Below the pieces are notes generated by a model. The model worked only from the letters and a program-made list of their open reading frames with translations, made no database searches and was not told where the DNA came from. 64,000 bases of DNA from Mobula hypostoma. Its lineage: Eukaryota. Made by a program: the position numbers and the translations under genes. Position 1 is the stretch's first letter, and the number at the start of each line of letters is the position of its first letter. Shown here in pieces: positions 9,989-21,031 of this stretch. The stretch lies in contig NC_086097.1 of assembly GCF_963921235.1 (NCBI RefSeq), positions 131,566,001 through 131,630,000 of the forward strand, given 5' to 3'.

Positions 9989-12900
9989 TTGGGGGGTGGG
10001 AATCAAATTAAAGAGGCTAGGCGTGAGGAGGTTAGTTCACGACAGAGGGATGGGAACCAGTGCAGAGAGACAGAAGGGTGTAAAGTGAGCGTAGAAGCAA
10101 AAAGTACAAAGGAGAAAAGTAAAAGTGGCAGGCCGACAAATCCAGGGCAAGCATTAAAAAGGGCTAAGAGAGTTGTAAAAGAGCGCCTGAAGGCTTTATG
10201 TGTCAATGCAAGGAGCATTCGTAATAAGGTGGATGGATTCAAAGTGCAGATTATTATTAATGATTATGATATAGTTGGGATCACAGAGACATGGCTCCAG
10301 GGTGACCAGGGATGGGAGCTCAACGTTCAGGGATATTCAATATTCAGGAGGGATAGACATGAAGGAAGGGGAGATGGGGTGGCGTTGCTGGTTAAAAAAG
10401 AGATTAACGCAATAGAAAGGAAGGACATAAGCCGGGAAGATGTGGAATCGATATGGGTAGAGCTGCGTAACACTAAGGGGCAGAAGACGCTGGTGGGAGT
10501 TGTGTACAGGCCACCTAACAGTAGTAGTGAGGTCGGAGATGGTATTAAACAGGAAATTAGAAATGTGTGCAATAAAGGAACAGCAGTTATAATGGGTGAC
10601 TTCAATCTACATGTAGACTGGGTGAACCAAATTGGTAAAGGTGCTGAGGAAGAGGATTTCTTGGAATGTATGCGGGATGGTTTTTTGAACCAACATGTCG
10701 AGGAACCAACTAGACAGCAGGCTATTCTGGACTGGGTTTTGAGCAATGAGGAAGGGTTAATTAGCGATCTTGTCGTGAGAGGCCCCTTGGGTAAGAGTGA
10801 CCATAATATGGTGGAATTCTTCATTAAGATGGAGAGTGACATAGTTAATTCAGAAACAAAGGTTCTGAACTTAAAGAGGGGTAACTTTGAAGGTATGAGA
10901 CGTGAATTAGCTAAGATAGACTGGCAAATGACACTTAAAGGATTGACGGTGGATATGCAATGGCTAGCATTTAAAGGTTGCATGGATGAACTACAACAAT
11001 TGTTCATCCCAGTTTGGCAAAAGAATAAATCAAGGAAGATAGTGCACCCGTGGCTGACAAGAGAAATTAGGGATAGTATCAATTCCAAAGAAGTAGCATA
11101 CAAATTAGCCAGAGAAAGTGGCTCACCTGAGGACTGGGAGAAATTCAGAGTTCAGCAGAGGAGGACAAAGGGCTTAATTAGGAAGGGGAAAAAAGATTAT
11201 GAGAGAAAACTGGCAGAGAACATAAAAACGGACTGTAAAAGCTTTTATAGATATGTAAAAAGGAAAAGACTGATAAAGACAAATGTAGGTCCCCTGCAGA
11301 CAGAAACAGGTGAATTGATTATGGGGAGCAAGGACATGGCAGACCAATTGAATAATTACTTTGGTTCTGTCTTCACTAAGGAGGACATAAATAATCTTCC
11401 AGAAATAGTAAGGGACAGAGGGTCCAGTGAGATGGAGGAACTGAGTGAAATACATGTTAGTAGGGAAGTGGTGTTAGGTAAATTGAAGGGATTGAAGGCA
11501 GATAAATCCCCAGGGCCAGATGGTCTGCATCCCAGAGTGCTTAAGGAAGTAGCCCAAGAAATAGTGGATGCATTAGTGATAATCTTTCAAAACTCGTTAG
11601 ATTCTGGACTAGTTCCTGAGGATTGGAGGGTGGCTAATGTAACCCCACTTTTTAAAAAAGGAGGGAGAGAGAAACCGGGGAATTATAGGCCGGTTAGCCT
11701 AACGTCGGTGGTGGGGAAACTGCTGGAGTCAGTTATCAAGGATGTGATAACAGCACATTTGGAAAGCGGTGAAATGATCGGACAAAGTCAGCATGGATTT
11801 GTGAAAGGAAAATCGTGTCTGACAAATCTCATAGATTTTTTTGAGGATGTAACTAGTAGAGTGGATAGGGGAGAACCAGTGGATGTGGTATATTTGGATT
11901 TTCAAAAGGCTTTTGACAAGGTCCCACACAGGAGATTAGTGTGCAAACTTAAAGCACACGGTATTGGGGGTAAGGTATTGGTGTGGGTGGAGAATTGGTT
12001 AGCAGACAGGAAGCAAAGAGTGGGAATAAACGGGACCTTTTCAGAATGGCAGGCGGTGACTAGTGGGGTACCGCAAGGCTCAGTGCTGGGACCCCAGTTG
12101 TTTACAATATATATTAATGACTTGGATGAGGGAATTAAATGCAGCATCTCCAAGTTTGCGGATGACACGAAGCTGGGTGGCAGTGTTAGCAGTGAGGAGG
12201 ATGCTAGGAGGATGCAGGGTGACTTGGATAGGTTGGGTGAGTGGGCAAACTCATGGCAGATGCAATTTAATGTGGATAAATGTGAAGTTATCCACTTTGG
12301 TGGCAAAAATAGGAAAACAGATTATTATCTGAATGGTGGCCGATTAGGAAAAGGGGAGGTGCAACGGGACCTGGGTGTCATTATACACCAGTCATTGAAA
12401 GTGGGCATGCAGGTACAGCAGGCGGTGAAAAAGGCGAACGGTATGCTGGCATTTATAGCGAGAGGATTCGAGTACAGGAGCAGGGAGGTACTACTGCAGT
12501 TGTACAAGGCCTTGGTGAGACCACACCTGGAGTATTGTGTGCAGTTTTGGTCCCCTAATCTGAGGAAAGACATCTTTGCCATAGAGGGAGTACAAAGCAG
12601 GTTCACCAGATTGATTCCTGGGATGGCAGGTCTTTCATATGAAGAAAGACTGGATGAACTGGGCTTGTACTCGTTGGAATTTAGAAGATTGAGGGGGGAT
12701 CTGATTGAAACGTATAAGATTCTAAAGGGATTGGACAGGCTAGATGCGGGAAGATTGTTCCCGATGTTGGGGAGGTCCAGAACGAGGGGTCACAGTTTGA
12801 GGATAGAGGGGAAGCCTTTTAGGACCGAGATTAGGAAAAACTTCTTCACACAGAGGATGGTGAATCTGTGGAATTCTCTGCCACAGCAAACTGTTGAGGC

Positions 12901-12994
12901 CAGTTCATTGGCTATGTTTAAGAGGGAGTTAGATATGGACCTTGTGGCTACGGGGATCAGGGGGTATGGAGGGAAGGCTGGGGTGGGGTTCTGA
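9989..12994 (+). CDS. CR1 ORF2p: APE endonuclease plus reverse transcriptase; uninterrupted, with no AUG before 10592
   Basis: APE motifs CVNARS, GITETW, VYRPP, MGDFN and SDH; RT motifs KSPGPDG, YRPVSL, YLDFQKAFD, GVPQGSVLGP and FADD. The frame is open from 9968. Confidence 0.97.
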   Translation: MGGGNQIKEARREEVSSRQRDGNQCRETEGCKVSVEAKSTKEKSKSGRPTNPGQALKRAKRVVKERLKALCVNARSIRNKVDGFKVQIIINDYDIVGITETWLQGDQGWELNVQGYSIFRRDRHEGRGDGVALLVKKEINAIERKDISREDVESIWVELRNTKGQKTLVGVVYRPPNSSSEVGDGIKQEIRNVCNKGTAVIMGDFNLHVDWVNQIGKGAEEEDFLECMRDGFLNQHVEEPTRQQAILDWVLSNEEGLISDLVVRGPLGKSDHNMVEFFIKMESDIVNSETKVLNLKRGNFEGMRRELAKIDWQMTLKGLTVDMQWLAFKGCMDELQQLFIPVWQKNKSRKIVHPWLTREIRDSINSKEVAYKLARESGSPEDWEKFRVQQRRTKGLIRKGKKDYERKLAENIKTDCKSFYRYVKRKRLIKTNVGPLQTETGELIMGSKDMADQLNNYFGSVFTKEDINNLPEIVRDRGSSEMEELSEIHVSREVVLGKLKGLKADKSPGPDGLHPRVLKEVAQEIVDALVIIFQNSLDSGLVPEDWRVANVTPLFKKGGREKPGNYRPVSLTSVVGKLLESVIKDVITAHLESGEMIGQSQHGFVKGKSCLTNLIDFFEDVTSRVDRGEPVDVVYLDFQKAFDKVPHRRLVCKLKAHGIGGKVLVWVENWLADRKQRVGINGTFSEWQAVTSGVPQGSVLGPQLFTIYINDLDEGIKCSISKFADDTKLGGSVSSEEDARRMQGDLDRLGEWANSWQMQFNVDKCEVIHFGGKNRKTDYYLNGGRLGKGEVQRDLGVIIHQSLKVGMQVQQAVKKANGMLAFIARGFEYRSREVLLQLYKALVRPHLEYCVQFWSPNLRKDIFAIEGVQSRFTRLIPGMAGLSYEERLDELGLYSLEFRRLRGDLIETYKILKGLDRLDAGRLFPMLGRSRTRGHSLRIEGKPFRTEIRKNFFTQRMVNLWNSLPQQTVEASSLAMFKRELDMDLVATGIRGYGGKAGVGF

Positions 12995-13027
12995 GTTGGA
13001 TGATCAGCCATGATCATAATAAATGGC

Positions 13028-13093
13028 GGTGCAGGCTCGAAGGGCCGAATGGCCTACTCCTGCACCTATTTTCTATGTTTCTATGTTTCTATG
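13028..13093 (+). other. CR1 3' stem-loop and 8-bp microsatellite tail
   Basis: GGTGCAGG (13028-13035) pairs with CCTGCACC (13059-13066) around GGCC-GAAT-GGCC, followed by TTTCTATG x3. The same structure is in copies 2 and 3. Confidence 0.85.
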
Positions 13094-13724
13094 AACCTAG
13101 TCATGCAGGACTTCTGACTTCTGCGTCTCTGATCTGATGGTTGAAGTGTGAAGAGGACATGATCTGGATGGTGGGATCCTCGATGATAGGTGCCACTTTC
13201 TTGAGGCAATGGCTCCCATAGATTCTGTCAATGGCGAGAAAGGCTGTATTTTTTATGAACTGGGCTGTTCCCCTAGTCGATAGCCTCTTGCATTCCTATG
13301 TGTGGGAATTGCTATACCAGGCTGTGATGCAACCAGTCTGGGAAAGCAGGCTTGGTGCTCTGGGAATAATCTTGATATCCAGAGAAATGACAAGAGTCTG
13401 TCTTCACACTGCCAACTGGACTTTCAAGATATTTCACAGACATTTGTAGTTCCTCAGGTTTGTATATTGCCTTAGGCAAACATACACAGAACGTAAGTGG
13501 CATGAATTTCTTTTATTATTGCAGTAGCACAGTACATTACAAATATGACATAAACCTAAATTAACATAAGTTATGCAGAACATGCATTGCAAACAAAAAC
13601 ATAAAAACACTAATTCAAGTTGAGAGATAGAAAAAGAATATTATCCAAAGTCATGTTAGGGTTTTTTAGAACCTGAAGAAGAACCTGTTAAACCGTCAGT
13701 TGTGGGTCTTCAGGCTTCTGTATG

Positions 13725-15382
13725 CAGTGCCCTGCCTCCTACCCCTCTTCACAGTCCCCCACCCTGCTCTCATGACTATATCCCTTCCCCACACAAAACC
13801 ACCATGGTGGGCTTCACAGCTGAACAGGTGAGAAGACAGCTGAAACATCTCAACCCAAGCAAGGCTGCAGGACCGGATGGTGTCAGTACCAGGGTGCTCA
13901 AAGACTGTGCCCCTCAGTTATGTGGAGTACTTCGCCATGTATTCAACCTAAGCCTGAGGCTCTGGAGGGTTCCTGTACTGTGGAAGACATCCTGCCTCGT
14001 CCCTGTACTGAAGACGCCGCGCTCCAGCGGCCTCAATGGCTACAGACCGGTGGCATTGACCTCCCACATCATGAAGACCCTGGAGAGACTTGTTCTGGAG
14101 CTGCTCCGGCCTATGGTCAGGCCACACTTAGATCCCCTCCAGTTCGCCTACCAGCCCCGACTAGGAGTTGAGGATGCCATCGTCTACCTGCTGAACCGTG
14201 TCTACGCCCACCTGGACAAGCTAGCGAACACTGTGAGGGTTATGTTTTTTGACTTCTCCAGTGTCTTCAACACCATCCGCCCTGCTCTGCTGGGGGAGAA
14301 GCTGACAGCGATGCAGGTGGATGCTTTCCTGGTGTCATGGATTCTTGATTACCTGACTGGCAGACCACAATACGTGTGCTTGCAACACTGTGTGTCCGAC
14401 AGAGTGATCAGCAGCACTGGGGCTCCACAGGGTACTGTTTTGTCTCCCTTTCTCTTCACCATTTACACCTTGGACTTCAACTACTGCACAGAGTCTTGTC
14501 ATCTTCAGAAGTTTTCTGATGACTCTGCCATAGTTGGATACATCAGCAAGGGAGATGAGGCTGAGTACAGGGCTACGGTAGGAAACTTTGTCACATGGTG
14601 TGAGCAGAATTATCTGCAGCTTAATGTGAAAAAGACTAAGGAGCTGGTGGTAGACCTGAGGAGAGCCAAGGTACCGGTGACCCCTGTTTCCATCCAGGGG
14701 GTCAGTGTGGACATGGTGGAGGATTACAAATACCTGGGAATATGAATTGACAATAAACTGGACTGGTCAAAGAACACTGAGGCTGTCTACAAGGGTCAGA
14801 GCCGTCTCTATTTCCTGAGGAGACTGAGGTCCTTTAGCATCTGCCGGACGATGCTGAGGATGTTCTACGAGTCTGTGGTGGCCAGTGCTATCATGTTTGC
14901 TGTTGTGTGCTGGGACAGCAGGCTGAGGGTAGTAGACACCAACAGAATCAACAAACTCATCCGTAAGGCCAGTGATGTTGTGGGGATGGAACTGGACTCT
15001 CTGACGGTGGTGTCTGAAAAGAGGATGCTGTCTAAGTTGCATGCCATCTTGGTCAATGTCTCCCATCCACTACATAATGTACTGGGTGGGCACAGGAGTA
15101 CATTCAGCCAGAGACTCATTCCACCGAGATGCAGCACAGAGCGTCATAGGAAGTCATTCCTGCCTGTGGCCATCAAACTTTACAACTCCTCCCTTGGAGG
15201 GTCAGACACCCTGAGCCAATAGGCTGGTCCTGGACTTATTTCATAATTTACTGGCATAATTTACATATTACTATTTAACTATTTATGGTTCTATTACTAT
15301 TTATTATTTATGGTGCAACTGTAACGAAAACCAATTTCCCCCGGGATCAATAAAGTATGACTATGACTATGACTATGACTAT
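13725..15382 (+). mobile_element. Young 5'-truncated Rex1/Babar-type LINE; RT interrupted by one stop (TGA 14743-14745)
   Basis: KAAGPDG, YRPVALTS, FFDFSSVFNTI, GAPQGTVLSP and KFSDD. ORFs 13702-14745 and 14851-15222 share a frame. AATAAA plus a (TATGAC)n tail. Confidence 0.93.
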
Positions 15383-15532
15383 AGTTATGTGGTTCTGTCA
15401 GTGTTAGTCTTTGGTTTATCCTATTTTCTGTGATAACACTCCGGAGAAACATTGTATCATTTCTTAATGCATATGTGCATTTCTAAATGACAATAAAAGA
15501 GGACTGAGTGTTCTCATAATCTAAAAAAAATA

Positions 15533-16061
15533 TGTTCTGCTGTCAGCCTCTTTGAGCTATTGTTGAAGATAAGGGTTGCTGAGGGATAATAAGTTGTCTT
15601 TTTTTGTTCGGTGGCAGATAAAGAGAGAAGATGCTGGGGAGAACCAGTTGAAGCATACAATCTGGTGGGAGACCGTTTGTTTAAGATGGATTGCAAGTGA
15701 TGTTCAGAAGGTGATATGTGCGTTCATGCTGACCGAGGGCCCATGCGCATGAATGACAGTGAAGTTCAAGATGAATTCCAACTTGCGCATATTTGCCTGT
15801 TTAATTAGAATGGGCTCTTTTCTTTTTGTTATTCTTTACTAACCCTTGAGTTAAGTTAAGATGAATAAATATAATTCCTTTAACCGTATGCAGTGTACTG
15901 CCTTATTTTGTGGCACTTATTTGTAAGAGGGTAGCAAATTGCACAGCATCCACACAAACTGGGTCTTGGGGTGTGACTGAGCCATCTCAATTGCACGAGT
16001 TTGGTGGGACTTGAGAGTTTCTTCCCAAGACTTATGCAGCCAAGGAAACCAGGGTGTTTCA
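15533..16061. mobile_element. Probable solo LTR (TG...CA, about 529 bp)
   Basis: Begins TGTTCTGC and ends GTGTTTCA. Removing it and the Rex1 insert restores the host CAGGCTTC-TGTA-CCTCCC, with TGTA duplicated at 13719-13722 and 16062-16065. Confidence 0.6.
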
Positions 16062-17397
16062 TGTACCTCCCATCTGGTGGCAGCATTGAGAAGAGGGCAT
16101 GGCCGAATTGGTGGGGGTCCCTGATGATGGATGTAATTTTCCCATGGCATTCCTTCTTGTAGATGTCCCCGGTGGTGGGGAGGGCTGTATCTGTGATAGA
16201 ATTGGTTGGGTCCACATTCTCTGTAGACCCTTGCATTCTCGTACATTGGAGTTCCCAATCAGGCTTCCATTCAACCAGTCAGAATACTTCCCATTGTACA
16301 CCCGTACAAGTTTGCCAGTCTTCAGTGACTGCCTCTGAGGCAGCAGGTGGAACCTGGATATTGGCTATCCAATGTCCTGCAATCCTGGGAAATAAGCAGT
16401 TCTTGGCTCAGTGACAGCAGATGTCTAAACCTCCATGAGTTTACCCTGACAGAGCAGGAACTTACTGTCTTAGCCATGGTGTTTCCTTGGTGTTACAAAT
16501 ACCTGGGACAGAAGGACAACTAATTTCAAACCTAGTTTGAAACACTTTCCTCTAATGAATCTCATCCAACCCCAACTACGTCTGGAATCCTGGCCAATAT
16601 CTTGAAACCCCGTCTCTACATCAAAATATACTTCAATGTAGTTCGATGTGCTTTAGATATTCTCGGGCTATGAAAACAGCCGTAGACATAAACTTTTCTG
16701 TCTCTCATTGCAAAACATTCTTCCATTCATTTGTCATGGCTGCAATTTCAGTGGAGGTGCTAACTAGTTTATTTTACAAGGATTAACACCTCCATTTAAA
16801 TAGTGAAGAGTCAGGCTGTGTACAAGAGCATTAACTGTTTGTACATTAATATTTGTACTCTGCATTCTGACAGCCTATTTGTTTTTGATCAGGAAACAGA
16901 AACCTTACTTAGAATAGCCCAGCCATTATTTCCCAGTTCAGCGTTAACACTGCTTGATAAACGATCTGTATCCAATGCTGACAACTTTTTAATTCATTCA
17001 CAGGATGTGACCATCATTGGCAAGTTAAACATTGCATTGAATGGCTTTGTGTGGCAGTCCTGAGAAAAAGTTAAACAAACTGCTGAAGAGAGATGTAGAC
17101 AAAGACAAGAAAGAAAGACCTGCATTTATGTGACAACTTTAATATCTCTTCTGGAAATCTATAAGCACTTTATAGTACACTAATATTTGGAAATGTTGTC
17201 ACTGTTGGAATACAGCAGGTGGCAACAAAAAGAATGAAAATGAACGGATATTAAGTTTAATTGATAAGTTATCTTTGGCTCTATCTGTCTTCCAAGAGAT
17301 GGCAACTCTGGCATTTGAAACATTCCCTGTTCTAAAAACTGAAAGCACTGGAAAATCTCAGTAGATCAGGCAAATCTGCGGAAAGAGAAACAGTTAC

Positions 17398-19458
17398 AAT
17401 CAAGGAAGGTAGTGCACCCGTGGCTGACAAGAGAAATTAGGGATAGTATCAATTCCAAAGAAGTAGCATACAAATTAGCCAGAGAAAGTGGCTCACCTGA
17501 GGACTGGGAGAAATTCAGAGTTCAGCAGAGGAGGACAAAGGGCTTAATTAGGAAGGGGAAAAAAGATTATGAGAGAAAACTGGCAGAGAACATAAAAACT
17601 GACTGTAAAAGCTTTTATAGATATGTAAAAAGGAAAAGACTGATAAAGACAAATGTAGGTCCCCTGCAGACAGAAACAGGTGAATTGATTATGGGGAGCA
17701 AGGACATGGCAGACCAATTGAATAATTACTTTGGTTCTGTCTTCACTAAGGAGGACATAAATAATCTTCCAGAAATAGTAAGGGACAGAGGGTCCAGTGA
17801 GATGGAGGAACTGAGCGAAATACATGTTAGTAGGGAAGTGGTGTTAGGTAAATTGAAGGGATTGAAGGCAGATAAATCCCCAGGGCCAGATGGTCTGCAT
17901 CCCAGAGTGCTTAAGGAAGTAGCCCAAGAAATAGTGGATGCATTAGTGATAATCTTTCAAAACTCGTTAGATTCTGGACTAGTTCCTGAGGATTGGAGGG
18001 TGGCTAATGTAACCCCACTTTTTAAAAAAGGAGGGAGAGAGAAACCGGGGAATTATAGGCCGGTTAGCCTAACGTCGGTGGTGGGGAAACTGCTGGAGTC
18101 AGTTATCAAGGATGTGATAACAGCACATTTGGAAAGCGGTGAAATGATCGGACAAAGTCAGCATGGATTTGTGAAAGGAAAATCATGTCTGACGAATCTC
18201 ATAGAATTTTTTGAGGATGTAACTAGTAGAGTGGATAGGGGAGAACCAGTGGATGTGGTATATTTGGATTTTCAAAAGGCTTTTGACAAGGTCCCACACA
18301 GGAGATTAGTGTGCAAACTTAAAGCACACGGTATTGGGGGTAAGGTATTGGTGTGGGTGGAGAATTGGTTAGCAGACAGGAAGCAAAGAGTGGGAATAAA
18401 CGGGACCTTTTCAGAATGGCAGGCGGTGACTAGTGGGGTACCGCAAGGCTCAGTGCTGGGACCCCAGTTGTTTACAATATATATTAATGACTTGGATGAG
18501 GGAATTAAATGCAGCATCTCCAAGTTTGCGGATGACATGAAGCTGGGTGGCAGTGTTAGCAGTGAGGAGGATGCTAAGAGGATGCAGGGTGACTTGGATA
18601 GGTTGGGTGAGTGGGCAAACTCGTGGCAGATGCAATTTAATGTGGATAAATGTGAAGTTATCCACTTTGGTGGCAAAAATAGGAAAACAGATTATTATCT
18701 GAATGGTGGCCGATTAGGAAAAGGGGAGGTGCAACGAGACCTGGGTGTCATTATACACCAGTCATTGAAAGTGGGCATGCAGGTACAACAGGCGGTGAAA
18801 AAGGCGAACGGTATGCTGGCATTTATAGCGAGAGGATTCGAGTACAGGAGCAGGGAGGTACTACTGCAGTTGTACAAGGCCTTGGTGAGACCACACCTGG
18901 AGTATTGTGTGCAGTTTTGGTCCCCTAATCTGAGGAAAGACATCTTTGCCATAGAGGGAGTACAAAGAAGGTTCACCAGATTGATTCCTGGGATGGCAGG
19001 TCTTTCATATGAAGAAAGACTGGATGAACTGGGCTTGTACTCGTTGGAATTTAGAAGATTGAGGGGGGATCTGATTGAAACGTATAAGATCCTAAAGGGA
19101 TTGGACAGGCTAGATGCGGGAAGATTGTTCCCGATGTTGGGGAGGTCCAGAACGAGGGGTCACAGTTTGAGGATAGAGGGGAAGCCTTTTAGGACCGAGA
19201 TTAGGAAAAACTTCTTCACACAGAGAGTGGTGAATCTGTGGAATTCTCTGCCACAGCAAACTGTTGAGGCCAGTTCATTAGCTATGTTTAAAAGGAAGTT
19301 AGATATGGCCCTTGTGGCTACAGGGGTCAGGGGGTATGGAGGGAAGGCTGGGTTCTGAGTTGGATGATCAGCCATGATCATAATAAATGGCGGTGCAGGC
19401 TCGAAGGGCCAAATGGCCTACTCCTGCACCTATTTTCTATGTTTCTATGTTTCTATGT
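17398..19458 (+). mobile_element. CR1 LINE copy 2, 5'-truncated
   Basis: Near-identical to copy 1 from about 11028 onward; GTTAC lies on both flanks (17393-17397 and 19457-19461). Confidence 0.97.
17412..19358 (+). CDS. CR1 ORF2 RT portion (5'-partial, uninterrupted)
   Basis: Same RT motifs as copy 1; no endonuclease domain. Confidence 0.9.
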   Translation: MHPWLTREIRDSINSKEVAYKLARESGSPEDWEKFRVQQRRTKGLIRKGKKDYERKLAENIKTDCKSFYRYVKRKRLIKTNVGPLQTETGELIMGSKDMADQLNNYFGSVFTKEDINNLPEIVRDRGSSEMEELSEIHVSREVVLGKLKGLKADKSPGPDGLHPRVLKEVAQEIVDALVIIFQNSLDSGLVPEDWRVANVTPLFKKGGREKPGNYRPVSLTSVVGKLLESVIKDVITAHLESGEMIGQSQHGFVKGKSCLTNLIEFFEDVTSRVDRGEPVDVVYLDFQKAFDKVPHRRLVCKLKAHGIGGKVLVWVENWLADRKQRVGINGTFSEWQAVTSGVPQGSVLGPQLFTIYINDLDEGIKCSISKFADDMKLGGSVSSEEDAKRMQGDLDRLGEWANSWQMQFNVDKCEVIHFGGKNRKTDYYLNGGRLGKGEVQRDLGVIIHQSLKVGMQVQQAVKKANGMLAFIARGFEYRSREVLLQLYKALVRPHLEYCVQFWSPNLRKDIFAIEGVQRRFTRLIPGMAGLSYEERLDELGLYSLEFRRLRGDLIETYKILKGLDRLDAGRLFPMLGRSRTRGHSLRIEGKPFRTEIRKNFFTQRVVNLWNSLPQQTVEASSLAMFKRKLDMALVATGVRGYGGKAGF

Positions 19459-19489
19459 TACCATCAGTGAATCATAAAGTGATAGGGCT

Positions 19490-19990
19490 GTAGAATCATA
19501 CATACAGAAACAAGCCTTTGGCCAAACTGGACCATGCTGACCGTGCTGTTTTATTGTTCCATTTGTCCATGTTGCCTCTTTCTCTGTCTCAGCCTTTTCT
19601 GTCCATGTACCTGCTCAAGTGCCTTTTGACTGTTGTTAATGTACCTGCCTAAACCACTTCCTCTCAGCTCATCCCATATATTAACCATTCTCCCCTCTCA
19701 CCTTAAATATCTCCTCTCTCGTTCTTGATTCCCCAACACTCAGCCTATACACCTTGAAGAGATCTTCCCTCTTTCTTCCATGTCCCAGTGAAAGAAATCC
19801 CAACTTGTTCAACCTTTCTCCATAATTCACTTCCTCAGGTCCCCCCAGTGTTTCAGATCCAAGACCCTTCATCAGAACCTTAACCAAACATTAACTGCTT
19901 TCCTTTCCACAGACCTTGTCTGACTTGCTGACATTTTACTGCATTTTCTGTTCTTATGTTAGGTTTTCATCTTCTACAGTTTTTTTGATT
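19490..19990. mobile_element. Minus-strand CR1 3' fragment followed by a PLE terminal-repeat remnant
   Basis: NYGERLNKLGFLSL..REDL motif; minus-strand CTGATGAAGGGTCTTGGATCTGAAAC at about 19850-19875. Confidence 0.65.
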
Positions 19991-20614
19991 TTTCTATTGC
20001 ATTAAAAAGGAAAGTTGCTCAAGACTTTTTAAGACAAATAACCAGAATTCAATTTGAACTTACAAACTTTAGAATTAGCAGTAAAGACACGCAAGTGATA
20101 GATCAATTTGAGAATTATAGGACCATAGAGTTGTTACAGTACTGAAGGAAAATATTTGACCCATCAAGTCTGTGGCACCTTCTGGCAGAGCACGCTGTCA
20201 GCCCCTTTCCTTTGCTCTTTCTAAAAGAAAACTATTCTTTCTCAAATGCCACTCCAAACTCTCCTACATTTTGTCCAAAATAAACGTCTGTTTACCTTGA
20301 CCCTTCTATGAAAAAGGAGAAAATTAAATTCAGAGTTCCAATATTCAGATTGCAGTATCAATTGCATACTATGTTGGTAACGTTTAATTCGGATTTTTGG
20401 TAAATTAAGTTATTTTAGCTTGTCAGGTTAAGTGTGGTACATTTCTACCAGGAAGGAGGCTGGAGAGATTGAGCCAAGACTGGTGTTGTCTATGCAAAGA
20501 TTTCCCAGAGCAGTTTGAACACTCAGAAATAAGTGGACTTAGCCCAATACATCACGGGCACATCAAACTCCACCATGGAAAGCATCTACATAAGGCTTCC
20601 CCAAGGATCATCAC

Positions 20615-21010
20615 CATCTTGTGGGAGAGTGCTTTGTGACGTCCTGAGATTCTGAGAGCGATGCTATATGGAGATTAGCCATCTGGCACTTACTGCTTGG
20701 TAGGATCACCCATGGCGGGGGAAGGTTCCAGGTAAAGAGCGATCCAATCAAAACCTCAATGATGGTGCTGATGGAAGATGCTGACACATCACAATGGCAA
20801 TGAAGGTGGGGGAAAGCTGCAGCATTGAAGGGTGTTCCATGCCACTGGACCCTGACCGCAACGCCAAGAACCATGAGGTGGTTACTGATGCATCAGCCTC
20901 CCCATATTAAACAAAGTCATACATGGGCATTCTCCATTGAAAGAATCGATGTGGATCCCAGACTAGATTCTGCAGCCATCTGAACTCCCACCGATAGACA
21001 GCCCTTCGTA
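20615..21010 (+). mobile_element. Possible RTE (Rex3/Expander-like) 5' UTR fragment
   Basis: GGTAGGATCACCCATGGCGG..GGTTCCAG..AAAGAGCGATCCAA resembles my recollection of fish RTE 5' UTRs; there is no coding support. Confidence 0.35.
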
Positions 21011-21031
21011 CTTGATTTGAGTGATTGCACT

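Larger units (their letters stand above)
9271..13093 (+). mobile_element. CR1 LINE copy 1: 5'-truncated within ORF1, complete ORF2 and 3' end
   Basis: Two ORFs, a 3' UTR stem-loop and a (TTTCTATG)n tail. Inserted into a minus-strand Rex1-type fragment that resumes at 13094. Confidence 0.97.

Noticed and set aside
10327..11103. 258-aa antisense ORF also open in copy 3 (54590-55366), plus other antisense ORFs in CR1
   Set aside because: These are shadow frames of ORF2; their conservation is explained by the near identity of the copies, and they have no recognisable domain.
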